Of a DNA stretch of 21,235 nucleotides, positions 9,945 to 18,353 are shown piece by piece. The DNA comes from an archaeon (lineage in GTDB: Archaea > AGJL01 > Methanococci > Methanococcales > Methanocaldococcaceae), in contig JAJRSC010000025.1 in NCBI GenBank assembly GCA_024278985.1, positions 1-21,235 of the forward strand. Direction: 5' to 3'. The notes beneath the pieces were generated by a model. That model had not been told where the DNA came from, made no database searches, and saw only the letters and a program-made list of their open reading frames with translations. The first letter of the stretch is position 1. The number at the start of each line of letters is the position of its first letter. A program made the translations under genes and the position numbers.

Positions 9945-10556
9945 TTAAATATTTTCAATATTTTTTATAGGTGAAGATTCATTTAAAATTTCAATATCTT
10001 TTAAAGGTGTTTTTGTAGGTAGATTATCAATATTTCTTACAACTTTTAGATATTTATCTTTTAAGAGAGTATATACTCTATTATATATCTCCTTTTCATC
10101 TAAATGACTTGGTAACTTTTTAGTAACAATTATTATATATAAATTTTCATCACAACATCTTATTGGATATATTATTATATTGCTATTCTCTTCTTGAATA
10201 ATTATTTTTTTAAGATTATTATATAAATCTTTTACATTGCAAAATATTTTAAAAACATTAGAACCTAATTCCTCAGAGTCTTTCAATGTTGAAGCAACAA
10301 TAAAACCCTCATCATTTGTTATTATAATATCCTCTAATCCATACTCTAAAGCAATCTCTACCAAATCATATTCATCACTAAATATTTTATTTTCATCTGG
10401 TTCAATATATGTTTTTAATTCTTTTAGATTATTTACTAACTCCATCTCAATAATCTTAAATTCTTTTTTCTTCTGGGATTCCTTATATTTATATAATGCA
10501 ATTCCCAAAATTGTACCAAATATAAAAAATCCTAAAAAGTAATATTCAGGAATCAT
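9945..10556 (-). CDS. Hypothetical single-pass membrane protein with a roadblock/LC7 (MglB)-like domain
   Basis: N-terminal TM helix (YYFLGFFIFGTILGIALY) followed by basic residues; DIIITNDEGFIVAST resembles the roadblock hhhsxDGhxhAS signature. Start ATG 10556 (alternative GTG 10565). The ORF is solid; the domain call is inference. Confidence 0.6.
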   Translation of the reverse strand: MIPEYYFLGFFIFGTILGIALYKYKESQKKKEFKIIEMELVNNLKELKTYIEPDENKIFSDEYDLVEIALEYGLEDIIITNDEGFIVASTLKDSEELGSNVFKIFCNVKDLYNNLKKIIIQEENSNIIIYPIRCCDENLYIIIVTKKLPSHLDEKEIYNRVYTLLKDKYLKVVRNIDNLPTKTPLKDIEILNESSPIKNIENI

Positions 10557-10568
10557 AATATTCACACA

Positions 10569-11723
10569 TTAATCTATTTTAATTGATATAGATGAAGTAA
10601 ATTTCTCATTTTTGGGAATATTGTTTCTAATAATTTTATCAACAGTTAATTTTACCATACTTAAATTAATATCTTTTTTAAATATTCCTAAAATTCTTTT
10701 TCTTTTAATATCTACTTCACCAGAAATAAAATATCTACCATTCTTCCAATCTACTTTAATATCTACATTAACATCCTTAATTCCATCAATCTCTTTTAAT
10801 TTATTTATTATGTCTCTCTTTATATTTTCACATATTTCTTTTAAATCTTCTTCATCTGGGCTAAATAACTCATTAATAACTTCTTCTACCCACTCCTCAT
10901 CAGGTTCTTTAATTCCCAACCTTTTTAATAGTTCTTCTCTTGAAAGTTCTTCTTCCTCTTTAGTTTCTTCTTCAACTTTTTTTTCACCAATATCTTCAGA
11001 AATTACTTCTTCACTTATAATATTATCTTCACTTTCATTTTTTTCCAACTTTAATTTTGGGTAAGTTTCTAATATAACATTTAACTTTATCTTATCAAAA
11101 CTATATATATCTACTATATAATTTTCTCTATCTGTTTCTAACAATTCCTTAATTTTTTCATAAGCATCATTTCCAAATAATGAACCTTTTTCACATTCAT
11201 AATATGCAGCTATTGGAGTCTCTCCATAATACACAATATATGCATTTTCAGTATTATCTTTAGAATAAATATTAACTAAAATATATTTATTTTCTTGTAA
11301 GTAACTTTCTATATTATCTACATTTTTAGCTATGGGCGTATCCGTTGGTAAAGTTAAGGTTTCATTAGAGTATTTACCTTCAAATTTATCTTTTATTAGT
11401 TTTAGCTTAAATATTTCTGGATATAACCATCTCATTAAATTTAACTTATCTTTGTCATATCTATAAATTTCAATTACTTTATTATTTTTTGTTAATAGCT
11501 CAGTAATAAAAGACCTATCTCCAAATTTTTCTGTCCCTTTATTATCTGTATAATATGCCCCAATTAACTTACCATTTTCAAAAAATAAATAACCCTCATG
11601 AAATGTCCCATCTTTATCTTTTGCATATATTAAAACATATCCTCTATCTACTTTTGATAAAATATCATCTAAATCAAATTCAGACCTTGTTCCTACATAA
11701 CTCCCTTCTATAATCTTAATCAT
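10569..11723 (-). CDS. DUF2226-like protein with an internal tandem duplication
   Basis: Two similar ~82-aa units (GYLFFENGKLIGAYY / AYIVYYGETPIAAYY), an acidic linker and an LSREELLKRLGIKEP motif that I associate with DUF2226 proteins; 4-bp ATGA overlap with larB. Confidence 0.65.
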   Translation of the reverse strand: MIKIIEGSYVGTRSEFDLDDILSKVDRGYVLIYAKDKDGTFHEGYLFFENGKLIGAYYTDNKGTEKFGDRSFITELLTKNNKVIEIYRYDKDKLNLMRWLYPEIFKLKLIKDKFEGKYSNETLTLPTDTPIAKNVDNIESYLQENKYILVNIYSKDNTENAYIVYYGETPIAAYYECEKGSLFGNDAYEKIKELLETDRENYIVDIYSFDKIKLNVILETYPKLKLEKNESEDNIISEEVISEDIGEKKVEEETKEEEELSREELLKRLGIKEPDEEWVEEVINELFSPDEEDLKEICENIKRDIINKLKEIDGIKDVNVDIKVDWKNGRYFISGEVDIKRKRILGIFKKDINLSMVKLTVDKIIRNNIPKNEKFTSSISIKID

Positions 11724-12490
11724 CTATTAACACCATGCCTAACTATAAGATAAGCAAAACATGCTGCACCAAAACCATTATCAATATTAACAACAGCTAA
11801 CCCTGGAGAACATGAGTTTAACATTGTAAATAAAGGAGTATATGGAAATCCATACCCTGTTGATGTTGGCACTCCTATAACAGGGATATCTACTAAAGAA
11901 GATACAACTGAAGGTAATGCTCCTTCCATTCCTGCAACTACAATTATTACTCTTATATCTTTTTTAATAATTTCCTTTATTACTGGAAAAACTCTATGGA
12001 TTCCTGCAACTCCTATATCATAGTAGGTATAACTTTCAACACCTAAAAAATTTAAAGTTTCTTTTGCCTCTTCTGCAATGGGAATATCAGCTGTTCCTGC
12101 AGTTATTATTCCTACTTTACCAATATAATTTATTTTAAAATCTTTCTTAAATATGGTTAATGTTTTTCCTCTTTCATTTATTTTTACAGTGTAATTATTT
12201 AAATCATAATTGTTTAATTCATATTTTAATTTTTTGATGTCATCTATTTTTGTTGCTAATGCACATCCATTTTTTTCAGCTAACTTTAAGGTTGCTTTTA
12301 TTATCTCATTTATCTCCTTTCCTCTACCATATACAACCTCAGGAATCCCAGACCTTAATTTTCTATTAATATCCAATCTTAATGTTTCTAAGTTTTCTAT
12401 ATAATTAAGTTTTATTTTTTTTTCAATATCATCTAAGCTTATTTTACCCTCTTTAAATTTTAATAATAGAGATGTTAAATCTTCTCCCAT
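11720..12490 (-). CDS. larB: LarB-like nickel-pincer cofactor biosynthesis protein (PurE/AIR carboxylase fold)
   Basis: LDINRKLRSGIPEVVYGRGK, TAGTADIPIAEEA, DIGVAGIHR, VAGMEGALPSVV, VPTSTGYG and MLNSCSPGLAVVNIDNGFGAA. Confidence 0.92.
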   Translation of the reverse strand: MGEDLTSLLLKFKEGKISLDDIEKKIKLNYIENLETLRLDINRKLRSGIPEVVYGRGKEINEIIKATLKLAEKNGCALATKIDDIKKLKYELNNYDLNNYTVKINERGKTLTIFKKDFKINYIGKVGIITAGTADIPIAEEAKETLNFLGVESYTYYDIGVAGIHRVFPVIKEIIKKDIRVIIVVAGMEGALPSVVSSLVDIPVIGVPTSTGYGFPYTPLFTMLNSCSPGLAVVNIDNGFGAACFAYLIVRHGVNR

Positions 12491-13194
12491 AGTATCCCAT
12501 TATCTTCAAAAAACTTAATATACCTCTTTTTATCTTCTCCTCTTAATCCTTTCCAATCAATTAAAACCTTATCAAAATAACTTTTATTTATTAGATGATT
12601 TAAGTTATCATCTGTAAGTTTGGCATATTTAGGAATTAAATATGAAAAATAGTATTTACCTTCTAAACAATATCTTGTAAATTTTGGAGCATAATGTCCT
12701 CCTCCAAAACCAATAACTACATCCAACTTTCTATAATTTTTATTTTTAAAATCTTCAATTGCATTATATATTGCCTTAGCAACAATCTCTCCTGCCTTTT
12801 TATTTGTCCATTCTTTCTCAGAACTTCCAATTTCTACAAAACATGTAGGTTTATCTAAATCTGTAGGAGTATGATGGACTACTTCAAAAGATACATTATA
12901 ATTTAAAGTATTATATTTATTTAGATTAATTAAGATTAATGAATTTAAAACTCCATCAGCAGGACATACTTCTTTATCTAAAATACCAGGAATATGAACT
13001 GTAAAACTTGGAAGATTCTTTTCACTCCTATGTTTAGATAAAAATATATAAAAATCAGCTTTATCTAAATCTTCCTTATTAACCTCTAATAATTCCTTAT
13101 CTACTTCATAGATATCATTAAAATATTCTTTAAGGTGATTAGCAATATTTTGACTTGCTAAATCTTTTTTAGAGTAAATAAATAAAAACTTCAA
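12475..13194 (-). CDS. dtdA: D-aminoacyl-tRNA deacylase, archaeal DTD2 type
   Basis: SKKDLASQNI, FLSKHRSE, FTVH, EVVHH, FVEIGSSEKEW, GFGGGHYAPKFT, IPKY and IDWKG motifs; TTG start after GGTGA. Confidence 0.9.
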   Translation of the reverse strand: MKFLFIYSKKDLASQNIANHLKEYFNDIYEVDKELLEVNKEDLDKADFYIFLSKHRSEKNLPSFTVHIPGILDKEVCPADGVLNSLILINLNKYNTLNYNVSFEVVHHTPTDLDKPTCFVEIGSSEKEWTNKKAGEIVAKAIYNAIEDFKNKNYRKLDVVIGFGGGHYAPKFTRYCLEGKYYFSYLIPKYAKLTDDNLNHLINKSYFDKVLIDWKGLRGEDKKRYIKFFEDNGILWEKI

Positions 13195-13328
13195 AATCTC
13201 ACCAACTTAATTATATGATAAAACAAAATATTAAATATTTTATAATTCTTTGTATTACAAAATAAGTATTAATATTAAATTATACTTCTAATATTATTTT
13301 TAGAATCTAAATTTTATTTGGGATTAGT

Positions 13329-14726
13329 ATGATAGTAGTTATTGGTTATGGAACATTGGGAAAAAAGGTTGTAAATTTAATAAAAGATTATGAAAAAAAC
13401 ATAACAATTGTAGATTTAAAAATTGATGATGTTGATGAATTAAACAAACAGTTTAATATTATTTTAGGAGATGCTACAAAAATAGAAACATTAAAAAAGG
13501 CAGAAATAGATAAAGCAGATATTATTCTTATTTTAACAAATTCTCCAGATGTAAATAGAAAAATTGCTGAACTTGTATGTGAGTTAAATCCTAAATCTTA
13601 TAAACTTGCAAGGGCAATTTCTGGACATCCTAAGTTATATAGTGACTTAAATATTGATAAGATAATTAATATTATTGAAAGTGGTGCTAAAGATATAGCC
13701 AAAGAAATAGAAAATGCTAAATTAAAAAGAAAGTTAGTATTTTTAAAAAATATCTTATTAAGAAGTAAAGAAAAGTGTGGAGATAAAAAACCCCTTTTAA
13801 TATTAACTCACAAAAATCCAGACCCTGATAGTATTGCAAGTGCTATTGCCTTAAAAACACTTGCTGAAAAATGGGGAGTTAGTTCTGATATTGCTTATGG
13901 AGGAAATATTGGTTATGATAAAAATAAAGCTATGGTCAATGCTCTTGGTATAAATCTTATAGATATTGAAAAGATTAATATAGATAACTATTGTTGTATT
14001 GCCTTAGTAGATTGTTCCTCTACTCAGCAACTACCAACAGAGTTAAGCAAAATAAATATAATTATAGACCATCATAATACATCAGATTTAACTGCAGAGT
14101 ATATGGATATAAGACCAGATGTAGGAGCAACAGCATCTATTTTAACTCAGTATTTTATGGAGTTAGATATAGAACCTACAAGAAATTTAGCAACTGCATT
14201 ATTTTATGGAATTCAATCAGATACTAACTATTTTAGAATTAAAGTATCTAAATTAGATTTTGAAGCAGCTTCATATCTTCAACCATATATAGATACTTCC
14301 CTTTTGGATATGATAGAAAATCCTGAGATATCAACAGAAGTTATGGAAGTTATTGCAAAGGCAATAATGAATAGAAAAATAGTCAAGGGAAATATAGCCC
14401 TTGCATATGTTGGAGAGATAAATAATAGAGATGCACTTCCACAAGCAGCTGATTTTTTATTAAAAATGGAGGGAATATCAACAACTTTTGTTTTTGGAAT
14501 TGTAAATGATGAAATTCATATATCTGCAAGAACTAAGGATTTAAGGTTAAATTTAGGAGAAATATTAAATAAGGCATTTGGTGGTGGAGGACATCAAACA
14601 AAAGCAGCTGCAAGAATACCCTTAGGAATATTTAATGAAGTTAAAGATAAAGAAGCATTAAGAAAACTTGTAGAAGAAGCTATAAAAAATAAAATTCTTA
14701 AAATTATTGGTATAAAAGAAGAATAA
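13329..14726 (+). CDS. TrkA-N (RCK) domain fused to a DHH/DHHA1 phosphoesterase
   Basis: N-terminal VIGYGTLG...GDAT Rossmann/RCK domain; THKNPDPDS, IDHH, GIQSDT, SAR and GGGGH motifs of DHH/DHHA1. Confidence 0.9.
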   Translation: MIVVIGYGTLGKKVVNLIKDYEKNITIVDLKIDDVDELNKQFNIILGDATKIETLKKAEIDKADIILILTNSPDVNRKIAELVCELNPKSYKLARAISGHPKLYSDLNIDKIINIIESGAKDIAKEIENAKLKRKLVFLKNILLRSKEKCGDKKPLLILTHKNPDPDSIASAIALKTLAEKWGVSSDIAYGGNIGYDKNKAMVNALGINLIDIEKINIDNYCCIALVDCSSTQQLPTELSKINIIIDHHNTSDLTAEYMDIRPDVGATASILTQYFMELDIEPTRNLATALFYGIQSDTNYFRIKVSKLDFEAASYLQPYIDTSLLDMIENPEISTEVMEVIAKAIMNRKIVKGNIALAYVGEINNRDALPQAADFLLKMEGISTTFVFGIVNDEIHISARTKDLRLNLGEILNKAFGGGGHQTKAAARIPLGIFNEVKDKEALRKLVEEAIKNKILKIIGIKEE

Positions 14727-14732
14727 AATTTT

Positions 14733-15557
14733 TTATACTAATCCTGGATTAGTATTAACATTTATATATAATTGTCCTTTAGGTTTTTTACGTTCTCCAT
14801 AATCTCCTGTAAATTTATAATAAACACCTTCTATTTTTCTTCCCTGGTCTTTTTTACTTAATTTTATTATTGGATTCTCTACAATACCCTCATATTTAAA
14901 TGATGGTAAAATTTCCTTAACTTTACCATTAACTACAATTGCTCCAGCAATCATTTCAGCTCCAACTCTAATATCTACATTTCCATCAACAATAATAAAT
15001 CCTCCATTTAAATGTATCCCTGTATATAATCCAGTATTTCCTTTTACATGAAGTAATCCCTTAAGCATAAACTCTCCTATTTCATTTCCAGCATTTCCTT
15101 CTACAATTATAGTACCTCCACTCATTCCTCTCCAATCTCCTCTATATGAAGACCCAATATAATTCTGTGCATCTCCTTTTATAATTAACTCTCCACCTTT
15201 CATATTCTGTCCTGCCCAGTTATCAGCATTACCATAGACTACTATTTTTCCACCTTTCATAAATGCCCCAACATACATTCCTACATCTCCTTCAATTAAA
15301 ATTTCTCCTTTTGTCATACCTTCTCCAACATGTTTTAATAGATGATTTGAATTTTTTATAACAATTCTTGGCTCTCCTTCAATTTCATTCATTTCTATAT
15401 CAAACATTTCCTCCAATCTTATTTTTTTTCTACCATAATTAAATTCCATATTTCTAATATCATCTAAACTCATATTTTCTATTTTATCTGGAGTTAATCC
15501 TATTAATTCAACAGATGTCCTTAAATCTGCTTGTAATGTTAATATTAGTTCTTTCAT
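14733..15557 (-). CDS. fwdC: Formylmethanofuran dehydrogenase subunit C
   Basis: GXGXG beta-helix repeats (GEGMTKG, GAFMKGG, GQNMKGG, YRGDWRGMSGG); fwd operon context. Confidence 0.95.
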   Translation of the reverse strand: MKELILTLQADLRTSVELIGLTPDKIENMSLDDIRNMEFNYGRKKIRLEEMFDIEMNEIEGEPRIVIKNSNHLLKHVGEGMTKGEILIEGDVGMYVGAFMKGGKIVVYGNADNWAGQNMKGGELIIKGDAQNYIGSSYRGDWRGMSGGTIIVEGNAGNEIGEFMLKGLLHVKGNTGLYTGIHLNGGFIIVDGNVDIRVGAEMIAGAIVVNGKVKEILPSFKYEGIVENPIIKLSKKDQGRKIEGVYYKFTGDYGERKKPKGQLYINVNTNPGLV

Positions 15558-15802
15558 ACTCTCACCTTTTTTTCAATTTTAACTGCTGTACCATAGGCAT
15601 AATAACCAACTATATACTCCTCTTCATCTCCAATATTCTCATTTTCAATTCTTACTACAATAATTGCATTAGCCCCAAAATCTTTAGCTTTTTTAATTAA
15701 ATCGTTAATACTGGTTTCAATATCTTCCCCATATCCTACAACGATTCCAAAATACTTAATAATTCTATAACCTTCAATATTGTCCGTAGTTGTAATTATC
15801 AT
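15554..15802 (-). CDS. Short YbjQ/UPF0145-family (putative heavy-metal-binding) protein
   Basis: IITTTDNIEGYRIIKYFGIV, AKDFGANAII and YAYGTAVK motifs. Start ATG 15802 (or TTG 15811); 4-bp overlap with fwdC. Confidence 0.82.
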   Translation of the reverse strand: MIITTTDNIEGYRIIKYFGIVVGYGEDIETSINDLIKKAKDFGANAIIVVRIENENIGDEEEYIVGYYAYGTAVKIEKKVRV

Positions 15803-15899
15803 GGTTATCAATATTTATTTTATATTTGTTTATGCATATATTCTAATTTATACTATCTCATTTAAAAGATTTATAAAAAATTTAAATATATCATAAAAT

Positions 15900-17606
15900 T
15901 TAATTAATATCTGTAGCATCTATTTTAACAACTTTCCAGGAATTTGCTAATTTATCAGAGACTGGATAGTTTTCAAATGATACTGAATATAATTTTGGCC
16001 ACTTGCTTCTAATATCATTTAATACCTCATTGTATAGCTCTTCACCAACTTTAACATCAACATACCATGTTTCATAGTATTTTTCATTAACCAATTCTCC
16101 ATCCTTAACTAATATTTCTCCTCTTTTAATTGTATATTTTACATATCTAAATGCTTTTTCTATTTTTTTACCATCTTTTTCTTCAGGGTCTATTTCATAG
16201 ATAGCAATATCTGCATCAGCACCTACACCTAAATGTCCTTTTTCTGTTAATCCAAAGACTTTAGCAGCATTAGTTCTTGTAACTTGAGCAATTTCATATA
16301 ATGTATATTCTCTATCAGAATCTCCTATTCTACTTCTTTGATGTGCCCATTTATGGACTTTATTATATAGCCACTCATCTCTATATTTTTTACTCATTAA
16401 CCATGCAATAACTCTTGGATATCTTGTAAATGGTCCTGCATTTGGGTGGTCTGTGGTTAGCATAATTCTATCCATTGCTTTAGTGTATAGGAAAATCTCT
16501 AAACCTATTGCCCACTGAAGTGAATATACTGGACCTTTAGGAGAATATATAAATGGAACTACTCCAGAACCTGTCTCAACTTCTACATCACAATTTGCCC
16601 ATTTTAATCTTGTTGTCATATATAAATCAAATTCCATAGGTCCATCTGCTGTCATAGTTGTAGTTTCATCTAAAGTTATCTGACCAACATCAATAGTTAC
16701 ATGTTTATTTTTATTGACATACTCTGCTATTTCTACACCTTTTGCCTCAAAATCTTTCCAAGAAGTTCCACCATAAGAGTGGAATTGAACATGGGTATTA
16801 TGATATACTGTTTCTCTATTTCCAACTCTTGGAGCTGGTTTTATTTCTTTTACACAATCCATAGTTTCTAAAGTAGTTTCCCAATTTCCAGGATGTCCCA
16901 AGTTATTTGGATGGACATGTATAGAATGTGGAAGTCCAAGCATTTCATTTACTTTAGCTAATCCTCTAATAATTTCTCTTGGAGTTATATCAAATCCAGG
17001 GACAGGGTCATCAAGAGAATGAACATTCATTCCCCAACCCCATGCTTCAGTACCTCCAGGATTAACAATTTTTATAGCATAACCTCTGGAAACTTTTAAA
17101 ACCCAAGCTACATATGCTGCCAATGCTTTAAAATCTTTTTCTATAATATAGTTAAATACAAACCAGTTATTTCCAAATAAAGGCATTGCAGTTTTTTCTA
17201 TTTGTGGAGTATTGACAAACTCTTCATGTACGTGTTTAGCTTTTAATGGTGGCATTGCTGCTTCAACACAGAAGGTATAACCTAATTCTGAATATTGATA
17301 TCCTGTTTTATATGTTGAAGGTATTGAAAATCCTGTTCCACTTTTAAATTGCCCTTTTTTCTTGTATATTTCCATTAAACTATCTTCTGGTCTCATTATT
17401 CTACCAGTATTTACCTTAGGCCCAGCTATGTGTGAATGAGGGTCAACACCACCAGGCATAACTACACAATTAGAAGCATCAATAACTTTGGCATTATCTG
17501 AAACTGATTCTACTATTTTGCCATCTTTTACACAAATATCCATTTTTTCTCCATCTATTCCATTAGCAGGGTCAAATACAATTCCATTTTTAATTATTAA
17601 TTCCAT
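15900..17606 (-). CDS. fwdA: Formylmethanofuran dehydrogenase subunit A (amidohydrolase)
   Basis: MPGGVDPHSHIAG, KIVNPGG, LPHSIHVHPNNLGHPGN, HVQFHSY, TTDHPNAGPF and GHLGVGADAD. Confidence 0.97.
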   Translation of the reverse strand: MELIIKNGIVFDPANGIDGEKMDICVKDGKIVESVSDNAKVIDASNCVVMPGGVDPHSHIAGPKVNTGRIMRPEDSLMEIYKKKGQFKSGTGFSIPSTYKTGYQYSELGYTFCVEAAMPPLKAKHVHEEFVNTPQIEKTAMPLFGNNWFVFNYIIEKDFKALAAYVAWVLKVSRGYAIKIVNPGGTEAWGWGMNVHSLDDPVPGFDITPREIIRGLAKVNEMLGLPHSIHVHPNNLGHPGNWETTLETMDCVKEIKPAPRVGNRETVYHNTHVQFHSYGGTSWKDFEAKGVEIAEYVNKNKHVTIDVGQITLDETTTMTADGPMEFDLYMTTRLKWANCDVEVETGSGVVPFIYSPKGPVYSLQWAIGLEIFLYTKAMDRIMLTTDHPNAGPFTRYPRVIAWLMSKKYRDEWLYNKVHKWAHQRSRIGDSDREYTLYEIAQVTRTNAAKVFGLTEKGHLGVGADADIAIYEIDPEEKDGKKIEKAFRYVKYTIKRGEILVKDGELVNEKYYETWYVDVKVGEELYNEVLNDIRSKWPKLYSVSFENYPVSDKLANSWKVVKIDATDIN

Positions 17607-17617
17607 AATTTATCACC

Positions 17618-18061
17618 TTAGGCTTTAACCTTTTTCTTTTTCTTTTCTGTTTCTTTTAATACCTTTTCTAAATAGTATTTTCTCATTAATTGGGGGATAT
17701 CTAAAACTTCCTCATCTGTCTTTGTTATTTCAACTAAACATTCTGGTTTAGGAGAACCTTTTAGGTATGGCATTCCAGTACTATCTGTATCAGGGTCAAC
17801 TAACAAATTTGCCCATGGTCCCATTGGAATATATACTGTTTCTGGAGGATTTTTCTCCTTAGCCTCTTTTACACACAATACAACTTCTCCAAATTTATTT
17901 TTCACTTTTACTCTATCTCCTTCTTTTACTCCTAATTTTTCCATATCTTCTTTATTTATGTAAATTACTGCAGCAGCTTTTTTATACAACTCCAAATTTT
18001 TACCAGCTTCAATTGCCTCTCCTTGCCATATAGTTCTTCCAGTATTTAATTTAAATTTCAT
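17618..18061 (-). CDS. fwdD: Formylmethanofuran dehydrogenase subunit D
   Basis: LNTGRTIWQG and YIPMGPWAN...TDSTGMPYLKG molybdopterin-dinucleotide-binding domain; ATG 18061 after GGTGA. Confidence 0.94.
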   Translation of the reverse strand: MKFKLNTGRTIWQGEAIEAGKNLELYKKAAAVIYINKEDMEKLGVKEGDRVKVKNKFGEVVLCVKEAKEKNPPETVYIPMGPWANLLVDPDTDSTGMPYLKGSPKPECLVEITKTDEEVLDIPQLMRKYYLEKVLKETEKKKKKVKA

Positions 18062-18077
18062 TATATTCACCTAAAAA

Positions 18078-18335
18078 TTATTTTACCAATAGTTTTATTG
18101 CATCAACTGGACAATATCTTACACATTCTCCACATCCTCCACATAACTCTGGATTTACTATTTTTATTACTCCATTTTCAACTCTAATAACGATTTTATC
18201 TTCATTTACAGGACCTGCTCCTCCAGCTACATGAGGATCATTAGCAGCATTCACTGGGCAAACAACAACGCAAATACCACAACCATGACATTTTTCTGGA
18301 AATACTATTAGAGTGTAATTTTTGTTTTTTATCAT
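18078..18335 (-). CDS. fwdG: Formylmethanofuran dehydrogenase ferredoxin subunit G (2x[4Fe-4S])
   Basis: CHGCGICVVVCPVNA and CGGCGECVRYCP; position between fwdF and fwdD. Confidence 0.92.
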   Translation of the reverse strand: MIKNKNYTLIVFPEKCHGCGICVVVCPVNAANDPHVAGGAGPVNEDKIVIRVENGVIKIVNPELCGGCGECVRYCPVDAIKLLVK

Positions 18336-18353
18336 TTTTTTGTCACCTTTTTT

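Noticed and set aside
10237-11064. Plus-strand ORFs 10237-10542 and 10612-11064
   Set aside because: Codon-register antisense shadows of Glu/Lys-rich minus-strand genes (Ser/Phe runs).
12210-12404. 64-aa plus-strand ORF
   Set aside because: Antisense shadow of larB.
13195-13328. Divergent AT-rich intergenic region as a possible ncRNA, origin or operator
   Set aside because: Almost pure A/T, with no GC-rich stem, C/D box or informative palindrome; promoters are likely present but cannot be placed.
15515-15700. 61-aa plus-strand ORF
   Set aside because: Antisense to ybjQ and fwdC; no recognisable features.
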